A stretch of 64,000 nt of DNA from positions 6,822,001-6,886,000 of the forward strand of contig NW_024704743.1 of NCBI RefSeq assembly GCF_018977255.1, written 5' to 3'. Numbering within the stretch: position 1 is the first letter of the stretch; the number at the start of each line of letters is the position of its first letter. Under the pieces are notes generated by a model, which did no database searches, was not told where the DNA came from, and worked only from the letters and a program-made list of their open reading frames with translations. This document shows, piece after piece, positions 37,793-51,156 of this stretch. The position numbers and the translations under genes were made by a program. Origin of the DNA: Callorhinchus milii. Taxonomy: Eukaryota.

Positions 37793-39133
37793 TCCAAGCA
37801 CCTATCTGCCTTTTAAACTTCCCAATTGTTCTGAATCTTCTGGGGAAGTGGGCGTTCCATATTTTCATAATTCTCCATGTGCAGAAATTATTTCTGATCT
37901 CACTTGTAATTGGCATAGTTCTAATCTTAATACCAAGTTCCCTTGTTTTGAAACCCTCATCCAGAGGAAAGAGTTAAACCCTATCCAGCTGGTCAATTCT
38001 CATTATTATTTTAAACACTTCAATCAGATCAATGAAGCTCTAAACCAAGTTTACTCAAGTCTCTCATCACAATCTCTCTTTCCTCCCTCACATCTGGTCC
38101 CTGACTAACACTTAAGATGTCTCTTCTGCATCTTCACATTACCCGCCTCTTTCCCTGCCTATCGCATGTCAGATACTGCCCAAACCTCTTCTTCACACCT
38201 TACTCAGCCTGCCAGACTTTTCCGAGTGCCCATCATTCCCATTCTCACTAGCCTCCAAAGCTCTGTCTCACAGCAGATTGACTTCAAGATCCTCATTGTC
38301 ACCAACAAGGCCCAATCAACTCTCATCCTCCCTACCTGTGATCTTGTCACCCCCTCTTCTCAGCCAACTTGGGCCTCCAGCACATTATCTGCCCCATCCA
38401 CCCCACTACTGATGGTCTTGTCCCATCTTCAAAAGCCGTCTAAGAATGTACCTCTTTTACGTGTTTGTGGTCCAAACTGGTTCCAAGGAAACATGCTTTG
38501 CAATAGGCTGTCAGAATCAATTCAAGCCTCTGTGGCGGTCTCGATTGTCTGCTTCCTGAGGTGGTAATTGCTGATGATAGACCAGCCAATCTGGCTCATC
38601 AGTAGTACTTGGATGATCAGTTCAGTCACTGGGGCAGGGAGGGATTCTTCACAAGCAGCTCATATTAGCCCTGCAAGCCCTGCTGGGTAAGATGGTCCTA
38701 GCTGGACAAGCCCCAGGAAAGCTTGCCAAACCATGCTTTCAATGGCAAACTATGCGGTTTTAGCTGGTTAAGTTCCAGCAGTAGCCCAACACACGCCCAA
38801 GCCTGGACTCTTACCAACTTTTGCCCAACACTCTCCTGGATTAGGTAAAGTCAGCATTCCATTCCAAACACGGAAATTTTCACATGTAGGTGGCATGCAT
38901 AAAACTCTCAGTCTGGTTCAGATAATCAAGCATGGTGGGGGGTTTCTGCATGTCTCTCACAGACAAAAATCGGTCACTTCAATCCACGACTGTTTGTGGG
39001 ACGCTGCTGTGCGCAATTGGCTGCCGTGTTTCGCCCACAAATATTCAGTCAATTCACTTTACAGTAAAGCACTTTGAGACGTTTAGAAGATGTGAAAAAG
39101 CGCTATATGAAATGCGAGGTTTATTATTATTAT

Positions 39134-39356
39134 TACACATACACAGGCGTAGAGAGATACACACTCAGAAACACAGTCTCACAGACACCGAGAGACGCGC
39201 ATTCACAGAGAGAGACGCACACTCAAATAGAGACACTCACAAACACATGGAGAGACACACACAGGCACACCCACAAACACACAGAGAGGGAGACATAGAC
39301 ATGCTCACACAGACACTCACAAACAGAGAAATATACACACACACAGACAATCACAA
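39134..39356 (+). repeat. Degenerate (CA)n/(GA)n low-complexity tract
   Basis: Mosaic of cacaca and gagaga units directly after a SINE (TTA)n tail. Confidence 0.85.
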
Positions 39357-40934
39357 CAGTGGAACCTCTGAGTGAAGCCTACTTGCCGCTTGTGGCGCAC
39401 CGCGCATGTGTGTCTGGAGCCACCCCACTCACAGTGACGCCAGGTAAACAGCTAGCAGGCCCGTGGGCCAAAAGCTACGTTTATCGCGCGGAGGGTGTTT
39501 GTAGCGGATTCCGCAGGAAAGGTGCACTTTCTCACTTTTCTGTTAGCCCAGATTATCAATAAGTTTCTACTGGACTTTCTGCACACCGGCTTTCAATGAC
39601 TCCGTTTGCTCTTCTATGCCGGACTGCTGTTGTTCTACAAAATGTGCACAATATTAGCATTATTAAAAATTATATTTGATGCACTAATGAACTTCAGAAT
39701 CATATTTAAAACACAATAAACTTAGCGTTATTTGTTAATACCATTAAATAAACAGAAAAATAAAATGAGAGATTTTAGTGAAAACTGAATGATTTTGCCA
39801 CTGAGTGACTGTGCTCAGTGTAACTTCTCTTCAATTCTTCCCTGAATATTTTAAACTGTGCAGGTGAAAATGGTGAGTTTTTTTTCTCTCTCGCCAAGTT
39901 AATACTTCAGTTCTCAGATCAATCCTTTAAAATCTGTATCAATTTCCACCGTAAGCTTGTAAAATACATCAAATGCCATCACTTGACACTAAAAGCTGGT
40001 GAACTGTTTCATTTTATGAGGTAAGTTGATGTTGGTTAAAGGGATCACGGTTACCAGGAACATTCCTTGAAGAATCAGAATGGTTCATTGCCACCTCAGC
40101 ACAGACAGCTTTCCACACACACCTGTTAACACCAGCATCTCACAAAGTAACTGGTAAGCACATTGTGAACAAACCATGCCTGATATAACGTGGCTTGGTT
40201 ATGGACTTTTGAACGATGGTCATCTGACAAGTCAGATGATCATTTTCGCCAAAACATGCCACTTCCAATAAAAAACATAAATCCCTTCTGTTCAATAACT
40301 GTAACTCTACCATGAAATTCTTTGGAAATAACAAATGCACATATTTTGAGACAGCAACAGGTATATACTGTATCATCCTTTTAAGCAAAATAAATACATA
40401 TACAATATACCTGGAAGATATTTGGCGATGCTGGAGAGCTCTTAGCTTTTTAATCCAAAAAAAACCAAAGATTAAATTATTAAAAGAAAAGAATAACTCG
40501 CATTGTCTGGAGATTCAGAAACCATCTTGTAAACACTAAGCTTTTAGAAGTCTATTTTGTTAGGAACCACACCATGTACCAGAGTAACGGTGCACAGTAA
40601 ATAACAGAAGTTTATAATAAATGCTGACATTAATTTGTTTTGACAGTGCAGACTGTAGACTTTTTCGTGGTTTACAGAGTCGAGGAGTCAGCAAGTAGAT
40701 CTGTGCTGCCCAAGGATGTCAAGAAAATAACTAACTTGGAGAGAACCACCTCTCTATGTACATTTTAAACATCTATAACTACAAACAGTCCACAGCTTGA
40801 GACCTCACAGCCATGAGGTGGTGAGGCACAGGGTCTGACTCTTAATTCTCCACATAAGGAACCTCCCAGCCTGCCAGACCATATAATATGTCCTTCACAA
40901 GACAAATCACAGCAGTCCAACATAGTGAGAGGCA

Positions 40935-41240
40935 CTTGAACTCACACAGTACGATCTGACACTCAAATCCAGTGCTGGGTGGGTGGGTGGGTGGGGGTGG
41001 TGGTGGTTGCAATGTCAGATGGTGCCATCTTTCAGATGAGATGTTAAACTGAGGTCCAATCTGCCTGTTCAGCTGGACATTAAAGATTCCATGGCACTAT
41101 TCAAAAATAGAAGGGAATTTCTCCCAGTGTCCTGGCCAAAAATCCCCCAAATAAAAACAACTGCTAATTTGTCTCATGGCTGTTTGTGGGACATTGCTGC
41201 GTGCAATTGTGCTGCCACTTTTGCCTACAAATACACAGTA
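40935..41240 (+). mobile_element. Deu-domain SINE, 5'-truncated
   Basis: GGTGCCATCTTTCAGATGAGATGTTAAACTGAGG...CCATGGCACTATTC...GTGTCCTGGCC. Confidence 0.85.
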
Positions 41241-44200
41241 AAACAAGGAGGGGGCGGAGGAGAGAGGAGCCACAAATTCAGATCAAGTTTCAGATTGGTG
41301 CAATGAATTGTTACGTAATGGGCTTTGTTTCAGGAATCCTTTACAGCTCCAAAAGGAATCTGAATCAATTCGCTCCTCTGGACATTTAGACCAAGCTCCT
41401 CGGCTTTAAAACTCTACAATTGAAAGGATTGTTTCCCTCTCTGGTGTGTGACAATCATAGAATCTGGGATTTCTAATTCAGTATATTAACTTCCTAATGC
41501 TGCGGGGAACATACAATTTAATATTGTGCTCCTGCTAGTGCTGGCCCAGCTCCCTACAATTGTTTTACTACCGCTCTGTGGAAAATTGGATTCACACTTG
41601 GGAGGAGTTTGGTCTGGTGGGCAAACTCCTTTGTTAAAATTATAAAAGCTTACAACTGCGCAAGGTTTAAAAGCTTTATATTTGTACATATCATTATTAT
41701 TATTACACATCTAGGTTTCCTCAATTTCATTTCATGTTACACAACTGTGAGACATCAAGTCCACAGATTAGATTCAAGACATTAATTTCACCAGAATGAA
41801 AGAATGCTTTTAGAATTGAGCTGGCATGAAGTGCCTCTCATTCTAGACTCAAATTTTCATTAAGATAACCGAAACTGCCTGTCAATATGGAAGCTGCATT
41901 CGTTTTTAGGTTTAAAAAGGGTTTGTTTCAGTCGCATGTACCTGTCACACCACATCAACCAACATTGCTCCCAATCGTTCTGGAGCATTGCAACCATCAC
42001 ATCAGAAAATCAAAGAGCAGGTCATGTCACCTCACTGTTCTCAGATGCAAACCGATGCACAATTGCAGGAGGGAAACTTTTCAAAGATGATGAAGTATAG
42101 GGAAAGAGCAGAGATGTTGGGTTAGAGCAATTCGCTCCAGTGGACACTAGGACACTGCTGTTTCAATTGACATTTCAATGCACAATTGACTGCTGTATTT
42201 AGCCCACAAAATACACAGTCACTTCACTTTACAGTATATTCTGTGAAGCACTTTCAGACGTCACAATGATATGATAGGGCGCTATGTCAAATACAAGCAT
42301 TATTATTATTATTAACATGGGTCTCCTTCTATTCTCTAAGGTTGCATTATACCCCGTGCGACAGAACGCTAGCATGTTTAAATCAAACAAGCTTCCCTGG
42401 TTTTTTTTCTCCAAAAGATCATTTTTGTTTTGATCGTCAATCATTCATTTTGTCTGCTCGATATAAAAAGAATGTTTTTTCAAAAAAAAATGTTTTATAC
42501 ATCGACTTTCAACAAGCCAAATTTCCATTTTATTTTATTGGCACTCAGGGTACTTCAAGCAGCACAGTGTTTAGATTGACCTTTACAAAAAAATGTTACG
42601 GCGAAATAGTCTGGTTTAAAATTGCAGTATCTGTTTCCCTGCACCTTTTATAGAAGTACAACAACATTTATAGCACATAAAAGTAATGTACGTTACCCCA
42701 AGCTGGAAATGTTATTCAACACAGAGTTCCCCTTTTAAAGTTAAATAGAGTTAGTTATTCTCAGATAATCTTAAATTATTCTCAATCAAGTCAAGTAAGG
42801 TAAGTATCCCCATGTTGAGCTCAGTCTAGGCTGGCATTTCAATGCAGTGCTGGGAGAGCATGTTAATCAGTATTATTAAATGTATAGATAATTAATTTAA
42901 GGTCTTGATATACACCTATACTGCAGTGTGCATGGACAAAAGATATTATACTTTATTTAAAAGATCTTTAATAATCCTTACATTTGATATAGAGCCTTTA
43001 ACATTGGGAAGACATTTCCAAATGATTCACAGGATATACTGTGAAGTGAAGTGACTGTCTATATTGTGGCTGAACGAGCTAAAAGAGCATTGAAGGAAAG
43101 ATCTAAAACTTGTATACAAGATTCAATATTGCTGTTTGAGACAGTCAAACTGCCCTTGAATTCCATCCTAAATACTCTCTGCAACCCGGACTGTTTAAAA
43201 AAAGTTTAAACTAAAAGAAAACAAAAAATATTTCAGACACTGCAAATAATTTCCTATGTACTGAAATTTTTTAATATATATATTTAAAAAGGAAAGTACA
43301 TGTTTAATTCCATGTGCTAACAACATTAAAACTTTAACACTAACTTCTCAATGTTCAAATTCCCAGTAAAAAAAAAGTTCACATTTTTATTTGATCTTAA
43401 GTACTGTATGGAAAAAGTTTAGTAGCTAGCAAGAGAATAACAAGTAAAAAATTGATAAAAATGTTCCTGCAGCGAGCCATGCACTCATACTGCAGCTTCC
43501 AGATGTTCCAACATTTTTGACATCAGTATGGAAAAATTTACTGTTAGTCTAGAGAAATTTAATATCACCATTCTTGTCATATCCCTCATAGCTATTAGGT
43601 AAGGTCTGTGTAAGTTATAAAGCAGGGCTTATGATAAAAAAAAGTGGTCTCTGCCTTTGCTCATTGTTGAAACTTTAGACGTTACCATATGGTTCAAAAC
43701 GAGAGAATCCGTGTGGACAGGCATCAGGCAATGTTAGCTCTTTGATGGAATGAACCTGAATTCGACTTGAAAATGATTTTCATTCGCAGTACAGAAAGCA
43801 GAATCTGAACAGTAGCACGAGTTTACTGAGAGATCAAGGAAACAAGGGCAGAAGACTCCCAACACCTAAACACAGATTACCAATATTAACACTATGTACA
43901 TATATATATACACACACACACATATTTACATAAAACTCACTATCGGAATAACACTATAACATTTTATAGCCTTAATAAAAACAGGAACGCAGCAAGCTCT
44001 AAATTTTCAGCCTGTCAGGTTAAAGCAATTCACAGTGGTCTCCAAGTATGCTATGCCATTCTAACAGCAGTTACTATATAAATTCAAACATGCTACTTTT
44101 TAAAAAAAAACATTTTAAAGGGAAGTAGGGAACTGGCAACAAATGCCTGTATCAGGCAAAATTATGTGCAAGTATTGTTTCTGAACATACCAGAAACAGC

Positions 44201-44922
44201 TTTGCTTTCTTTTTTATATAAATGCTGTAAAGGGTCATAAACAACAAAACTTGCAGCTAATAAAGAGCAGCTGACCCTCGGTGGATTGAGCTGCACTGTC
44301 TTTTGACAAACAGCGCTATCAACATTTGTCATCACTGTGACCAGGCTCCATTTTTCATGGTTGTTACTTCAAAGTAGCTAACAAAGGGAATTTGTTAACT
44401 TAAATCTTTTCAACATAGCAGCAGCCTTTCAAGACATTCGGGTGAACTTAAATGTAAAGCTGAGAGAACTGGTAGCCAATTGGGAGACATTTAATTCAAT
44501 GTAAATGAGCCATCGACTTGTAATAAAAAAACACGATGACTGAAGATCGTCTCATTGTACAGTACGCTTCGGTCTTTGGACTCCAACCACAAAATATACA
44601 ATCTAAATATATAGTCGATTCACTTTACAATATATTCTGTGAAGCGCTTTGTGACGTCTCAAAGACATGATAAGGCGCTATATCAAATGCAAGGATTATT
44701 ATTATTACAAGCGCTTTGGGACGTCTTCCCGACGTGAAAGGCACTATACAAATGCAATTTTGTATTGTACTGTACCTTCATGGTGGCACGAATGCTAAGA
44801 GTTCGGAAGTTAATGTAGGTTCTGTGAATTAATTTCTAAGTAGGAAAAATGGAAGTGTGAAATAAGCTCCCAGTAGATTGCAGTCTACACTGATCCCAAC
44901 TTTTGCCCAAATCTAGTTCATT

Positions 44923-45300
44923 TGGAGTCCTGTAGCTTAGTGATTCAGGCATTTGCCTCGCAGGCGAGGGGATCTGGGTTTGATTCCCGGGCAGGGCGAA
45001 ACCTTAGTTTCATTACTCCGCATGCCTTTGTTTACCTAGCAGTAAGTAGGAACCCGGATGTTAGTCGATTGATGGATTGCTTTTCCCGGGGCAATAATCT
45101 TTTCAAAAACAAATCCCCCCCAAAAATGTGGTCACTCATTCCACGACTTTTTGTGGAACACTGCTGTGCACAATTGGCTGCCGTATTTTGCCCACAAAAT
45201 ACAGTCAATTCACTTGACAGTATAATTGTGAAGCGCTTTGAGAGGGCTCGAAGACATGATTAGGGACTATGTTAAATGCAAGGATTATTATAATTATTAT
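44923..45300 (+). mobile_element. Older tRNA-headed SINE (long subfamily)
   Basis: GGAGTCCTGTAGCTTAGTG...GTTTACCTAGCAGTAAGTAGGAACCCGG...; (TTA)n tail. Confidence 0.9.
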
Positions 45301-46629
45301 TTACCACTCACATTGTTAGCCCATGCTAATGAGTGAGATCGGGAAGCTGCAAAGGCCACATACTAGTCATAGAACAAATGTGAACATGGCTCAAACAGTT
45401 CAGATTATTACTAAATGTTATTCGCATGTGTTATAAATATTGAAATGCAATACTTCACAAACACTTCATACACAGAATTCTTACATCAATATCAAGTGGC
45501 ACAAAGGCCTGCTACCTCCCAGCAGTAGTGCAACAGTCAATTCATCTTCTGAAACTTCAAGCTAAATCGTTCGGTTTTCTAGTTTCTTAAACAAACTTTT
45601 TCTTTTGGAAAAGCACTTTCTATGCATGGTGAGGTCAGCGAGTGGCAGCACAAACCACGTGTGTGATATCAGTCACATTAGCAAAATGAACCAAATGAAA
45701 CGGGGGTTTAAGTTACACTAACAAGTGCTTCCACTGATTAATTTTATGCTCAGCAGCAACAATCCTCACAGGATTTCAGCCCCAGGACTCTGCATACTGT
45801 CTAGCAACATTAGCCAAGGTAATGACAATTATTTGTGAGTAGTTTCTGAGTCTGAAAAGGGTATTAACTACCAGGGTACTGAAGGTAAATTAAAATTGTA
45901 AAGAGCTAGGCTGGCTTGCTATTCCAGACATGCTAGCTCCTTGTTTCAGCAATATAACTAGGGCCAGGGGATATACTTTTATCAAGAAGCACGCTCCGAC
46001 TTTCAGTTTGATTAACTGTAAAACAAATGTGACTGCGACTCAGACAGTTCAGATTATTACTAGATCCTATTACTAACATTAATTTTAATGTGAAACGGTC
46101 AACCTCCACTGAAGTGGCTTTAGAAAGGCTGAGAACACAGCCTTTAAACACAATTTATGGACACGTTTCCGGAATAGTTAATTCCACTTTGGAAACCGAC
46201 AGTGGGAGGAGAAAGTCCAGGTGGGTAGTGTGTGTGGTGTGGGGGCAAAGGATTTTAAAGTTAGAAGGTGTAGTGCCTTTTACATCGGGGGAAATGTCTC
46301 AAAGTGCTTCACAGGATTTTATTGGTAAGTGCTATCACAGTGTATTTTGAAGGTAAACAGGCAGCAAATTTGACAGCAATGACCAACAATAAAACTATAT
46401 TTATATAACAACTTTCACATTGAGAGGACTTCTCAAAGCTCTTCAGAGGCAGAAGAATTGCAGGAAGTCGCAGAGTTAAGAGTAGGGCAAGGCGATGGCG
46501 AGAATTAAACATGAGGATACAAGGATCTTGAATTCGATCCACTGGGGGTGAGCAGAGCCACAAGAGGTGGATGATAGGCTCATGGAGCCCGGTGCAGAAG
46601 AGTGAACTAGCTGCAGTCCTAGATGGCAA

Positions 46630-46906
46630 TGGACCAATTTTATCTGAGGGATTATTGGCCAGGGCTGGAGGAGAAACTACCCACTTTTTTCAACTGGTGA
46701 CAAGGCATCTTGAACATTCACCTGAAACGGCAGATAGGACCTCAGTTTAAGGTCTCAGCCAAGCCAAAGCACTCCCAACAATGCAGCACTCTCTCAGCAC
46801 TGCAGTGGAGCATCAGCCTAATTTATGCGTTCCAAGTCCTGACGAGGGACTTGACACAACCTTCTGACTCAGAAGTGAGGATGCTACCAACTGAACCAGG
46901 CTGGCA
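46630..46906 (-). mobile_element. Deu-domain SINE, 5' half
   Basis: Reverse complement gives GCCAGCCTGGTTCAGTTGGTAGCATCCTCACTTCTGAGTCAGAAGGTTGTG plus the Deu core. Confidence 0.83.
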
Positions 46907-47615
46907 CCTCTTCACTTCTTCACATAGCTTTATTGGTAAAGGGGGTAGGAGAGGAAATGGAACATTTGGGCTGAGGTGGAAAAATGCACACTGCAGTGCC
47001 CAGGGTATTCTTCTGTTTATAGGTGAGCGCATTTCACATCTGTTTAAAATGAACCTTGATCACAAAAACATCTCACACAAACTGAAAGAATTGAACATTG
47101 AACTGATTTTTCTAAACAAAAAGCAAAGAACCCACAAAGGAAACCACTAAGTGCATCACATCACTTCCTCTGCAGTGGGAGCAGCTCCCTGCAGTTTATA
47201 TACTACGCTCACAGCCCAATATAATCAGGTACAGACACCTACAAGAAAGGTCTGTTAAACACATGTCAAAGTTCCATCCTAAAAAAACATATCCCAGTGT
47301 GTTTACTGTACATTGGTAATCCCTTGAAATCCAAGTAGCAAATCCTTTCTCGCAGCCTCCTCTCAGATCATGCAAGATAAAACTTTAAGTCATTGTGGTA
47401 AGTAATAATACTTGCATTTGATACAGTACCTTTCACAAAATTTAACGTAACGTGTGGCAACTGTATTTTGTAAGCGAATGTGGCAGCCAATTTGCAATTT
47501 CCAATAAACCGCCATTTATTCATGTATCTGGGGGATTGTTGGCCAGGATACCGGGAGAAACTCCCTCACAACACAAAAATATGAACAATCAAGAACACCA
47601 GCAGAGTGACTTTAC

Positions 47616-47652
47616 CTGCATCATTCGCAGAACCTGTTGATAATGCCGGCAT
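47616..47652 (-). CDS. MPP7: MPP7 first coding exon segment (MPALSTGSANDA-G, 37 nt)
   Basis: Minus strand ATG CCG GCA TTA TCA ACA GGT TCT GCG AAT GAT GCA G|gtaaag. Matches the remembered human MPP7 N-terminus MPALSTGSGSDTG. In-frame TGA 21 nt upstream of the ATG; A at -3. Confidence 0.95.
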
Positions 47653-47802
47653 GATTTCCGCTTCCAAATGTCACACAGGAACCTCAAATTCGCACTCCGC
47701 AGCCAGAAAATCTCCAACCGGATCAGTTGACGTTCTGTTCTTTGGTCAAGCCCTTCCTTTGCCAACTTGCCCTTGAAGATTTACGCCATCCGCAGCTATG
47801 CC
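47653..47802 (-). other. MPP7: 5' UTR part of the MPP7 start-codon exon
   Basis: Acceptor ttctgttcttctttcctttcatgtggttccgtctag|GG with a polypyrimidine tract (AG at 47804-47803); implies a further upstream non-coding exon that was not located. Confidence 0.7.
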
Positions 47803-49770
47803 CTAGACGGAACCACATGAAAGGAAAGAAGAACAGAACTGTCATAATATTTTTAAAAAGCAAACGACAACAACAACTTGCTCCTCACTCAGGGTAGATT
47901 CCAGAGTGCTTGGAGCAAAATATCCGGGGGCGAAATTCTTCCTGCCGCATTGTGCAGCACTTTCAATGCCTGTTTAGAATGGGGATGGGAATGGATCGGT
48001 GGGAAAGGCAGCAGGATGCGAGCTGGGATTTGAGTATTTTAATGTCAAACAGAGAGGCATGTTTCCTATATCTCACACTCAAAACACCGGTATGCTTCTC
48101 TTGCAGTGCTCAAACGGACCACTAGGCGGAGCATAACAAGAAAAGTGAAGTGCCTTCACCTGGCGAGGTGAAGAGAGAATTAACCTCAAGCTATTTGCTC
48201 TGTGGAAAGCGCACCATTTGGCAGCAGGTCACTGACTGCGGTTGTAAACATGTCTATTGCCCAGAGGCGAAAAACACACTAGAAGATAAATTAATAGGAA
48301 ACAGAAAATTTAAAAAAAGGCTAAAAATACACAAATGGTAAATATGAGCGAGAAATGAAAACAAACCATGGTATTTATGCACCAACAAGTTTTCCAGGCA
48401 GTCCAAAACAGCTTTCCCAACTTGCTGGGACTTCAAATGAATACATTTATAATTAATACCGCAATGCTAGGTTGTGGTTAACACAGGGTCCTTCAAGTCA
48501 AGATCTGTTTTCAAATGCATTTTACACACCTGGCAAACGTCCACTGAATGCCAACAAATGCTGTTTCCCAGCACAAATAAATACCTCTGGTTAAACCAAC
48601 AACAGCCTCAAGTACTAATTCTGATGTTAAAAAAAAGTGAACCCCTCTTAAAAAGTAGTGGGAGGGGGGTGCATGGATCCCAACCAGCACTTATAAGGGG
48701 TACAATCTGGTTTCCCGTAAACTGTGCACGTGCTCAAAAAGAGAGCCGGCACTATCGATGCTTCAAATGCTGGCCAGCACATGTGCCGGCTCAGGAACAC
48801 CTGACACCTGGACATTTTGGATTAAATCTTCTGGTGCACAATTTGGATTTTTCAGGATAACGAAATGTTAGGGTCCATGATCAAAGTGGATCTGAATTAG
48901 AATGAAGCACAATACATACAACACGCTTCTAGGAGTTTATTGCAAGGAAAAAGTCATTTTGCAACACAAAGGAAACATTCATTCTAAAGGCACAATTTAA
49001 TAAAGTCATAAAATTACAGTAATGTTACAAGGCAACACGATAGTCGCATGTGGAAAACAAATGGAAACCTAGCATGGCACAAAAGGCCTGGGGTATTTGG
49101 CAATAGACATGCCGGCACTTTATGAGGACAATCAATCATGTTTGTAATTGAGGTATTCAAACCTTACATGTTCTCCAATATCATTAACCAAAGGGAAATC
49201 TGCCTGCAGCTGTTCCCATACACCAAATCATTAAGTGCTACGTAATCAACTCTGTGAGCTCATTCATGATTTTACGAAGATGGAAAAAGGCGCAGCTAAG
49301 CAAATCTGCTTGCTGGGAAGGTTCTGAACAATAATAATTCTTGCATCTGTTTTGCACCTTTCACGTCAGGAGGACATTTCAAGGCCCTCACAGAATTTTA
49401 CTGTAAAGCGTAGTGAAAGTACTATCAACTGATCCTAACCATCCCACTTTGTAGCAGGGAATGAAATACGTCTCCCCGAACACTCTGATCCCAATTCATT
49501 CAAGATTGCTCTTCAGCCTATTTCATCATATTCAACCTGCCTTCATCATGCAGAAGCTGTTTGAGTCACTGTATTGGTTTCATCTTCTCTTCCTCAATAC
49601 TCATAGCAGCTTTTGATAATCCTCCCTACTTATCTATGTGCAAACCTAGCCCCACACAATCCTGAAGCTGTGAGTTCTAGCCCTGCTGCATTGCTGTATC
49701 TGAGAGTATTCTATTGGTTCAACTTTTTCAAGCTTCATTTAGAATTCAATAATAATCTTTACATTTGATG

Positions 49771-50549
49771 CACACTCCACCTTGCTAAGCCAGTCCAGAA
49801 CCTTGGCGTCTCGTTTGACCCTCAACTATCCTTTCTACCCTACATCTGTGCCATGACCCACTCTACCTTCACCCACCTCGGCAACATCGCCCGGCTCCGC
49901 CACTGTCTCACACCGCAGGCTGCCAAAACCCTCATATATCAATTCATAACATCGAGGCTTGACTATGCAAACTCCTTGCTTGTCGGCCTCCTTAACTATC
50001 CCTCCAAAGGCTGCAGATCATCCAGAACTCGGCAGCCCGTGTCCTCTCCCACACCAGGCTCCGTGACCCTATCACCCCCATTCTCGCCCGACTCCACTGG
50101 CTTCCCATCACTCAGAGGATACAGTTCAAGATCCTGGTCCTCACCTTCAAAGCTTTCCATGGTCTTAGTCCCCCCTACCTCTGCAAACCTCCTAACCCTC
50201 TACCATCCTGCCTGCTTCCTCCACTCAGCGGGCTCAGGCCTGCATCACTTATAAAGGGTACATCACGTCCACCGCCTCACCCCCCCCACCATTGGTCTTC
50301 TGCCACTCTGCCCCTACCCTCTGGAACTCCATCCTGCAGTCCCTCCACCATGTGCCCTCCTTTGCCTCCTTTGAAGACCCATTTCAAGACCCTCCTCTTC
50401 GCCCGTGCTTTCGATCACCCTGCTTCCCCCCTGCCCCCACCCTCCCCAATCCCGACCCCCAGCTCGGGTCCAAAACACTGATTATCCAGCTCCTTGGAAT
50501 GTCCTCCCGACGTGAAAGGCGCTTTACAAATGTAATTTTTTTGTTGTTG
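49771..50549 (+). mobile_element. 5'-truncated L2 LINE
   Basis: NIARLRHCLTPQAAKTLIYQFITSRLDYANSLL; tail CCTCCCGACGTGAAAGGCGCT...(TTG)n. Confidence 0.93.
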
Positions 50550-50830
50550 ATATAGTGCCATATCACATGGTCAGGTCATGTCAAAGCGTTCACAGGATTT
50601 ACTGTGTATTGACTGGTGTATTTGTAGGCTCACATGACAGCTAATTTCTGCCTGCCCACAAACAGCCATGAAGTGGATGACCAATTTTACCCAGGGATTA
50701 AAATCCATTTGTTTTTTTTATTGATTTACAATCATTCAGATTTGCTAGATACCGTAGCAAATCTTCGGGTAGAGAAAGCTAACGGGGCTTGCCTTGAGCC
50801 CCAGGTTCAGGATTCTTGGTTTAACTCAAG

Positions 50831-51156
50831 ATAATAATAATAATAATATTCCTTGCATTTTTGATACAGCGCTTTTCACGTCGGGAGGACGTCCCAAAGC
50901 ACTTCACAGAATATACTGTAAAGTGAATTGACTGTATATTTGTGGGCGAACGCGGCAGCCAATTGCGTACAGCAATGTCCCACAAACAGTCGTAGATTGA
51001 AAATGACCAATTTATTATTGTTTTGGGTTTTTGGAGGGAATATTATTAGGCGTGTGGAGTAAGGAAACTTGCCCAAGGTTTCGCCCGGCCTGGAATTGAA
51101 CTCAGGTCTCTTGCTTGTGAAGCGAGTGGTCTAACCACTGAGCTACAGGACTCCAC
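50831..51156 (-). mobile_element. Young tRNA-Ala-headed SINE (short subfamily)
   Basis: Same head, core and tail. Confidence 0.95.

Noticed and set aside
40140..40388. ORF containing DLCFLLEVACFGEN, superficially like the L27 exon
   Set aside because: The true exon is at 27013-27131; no splice sites or further similarity here.
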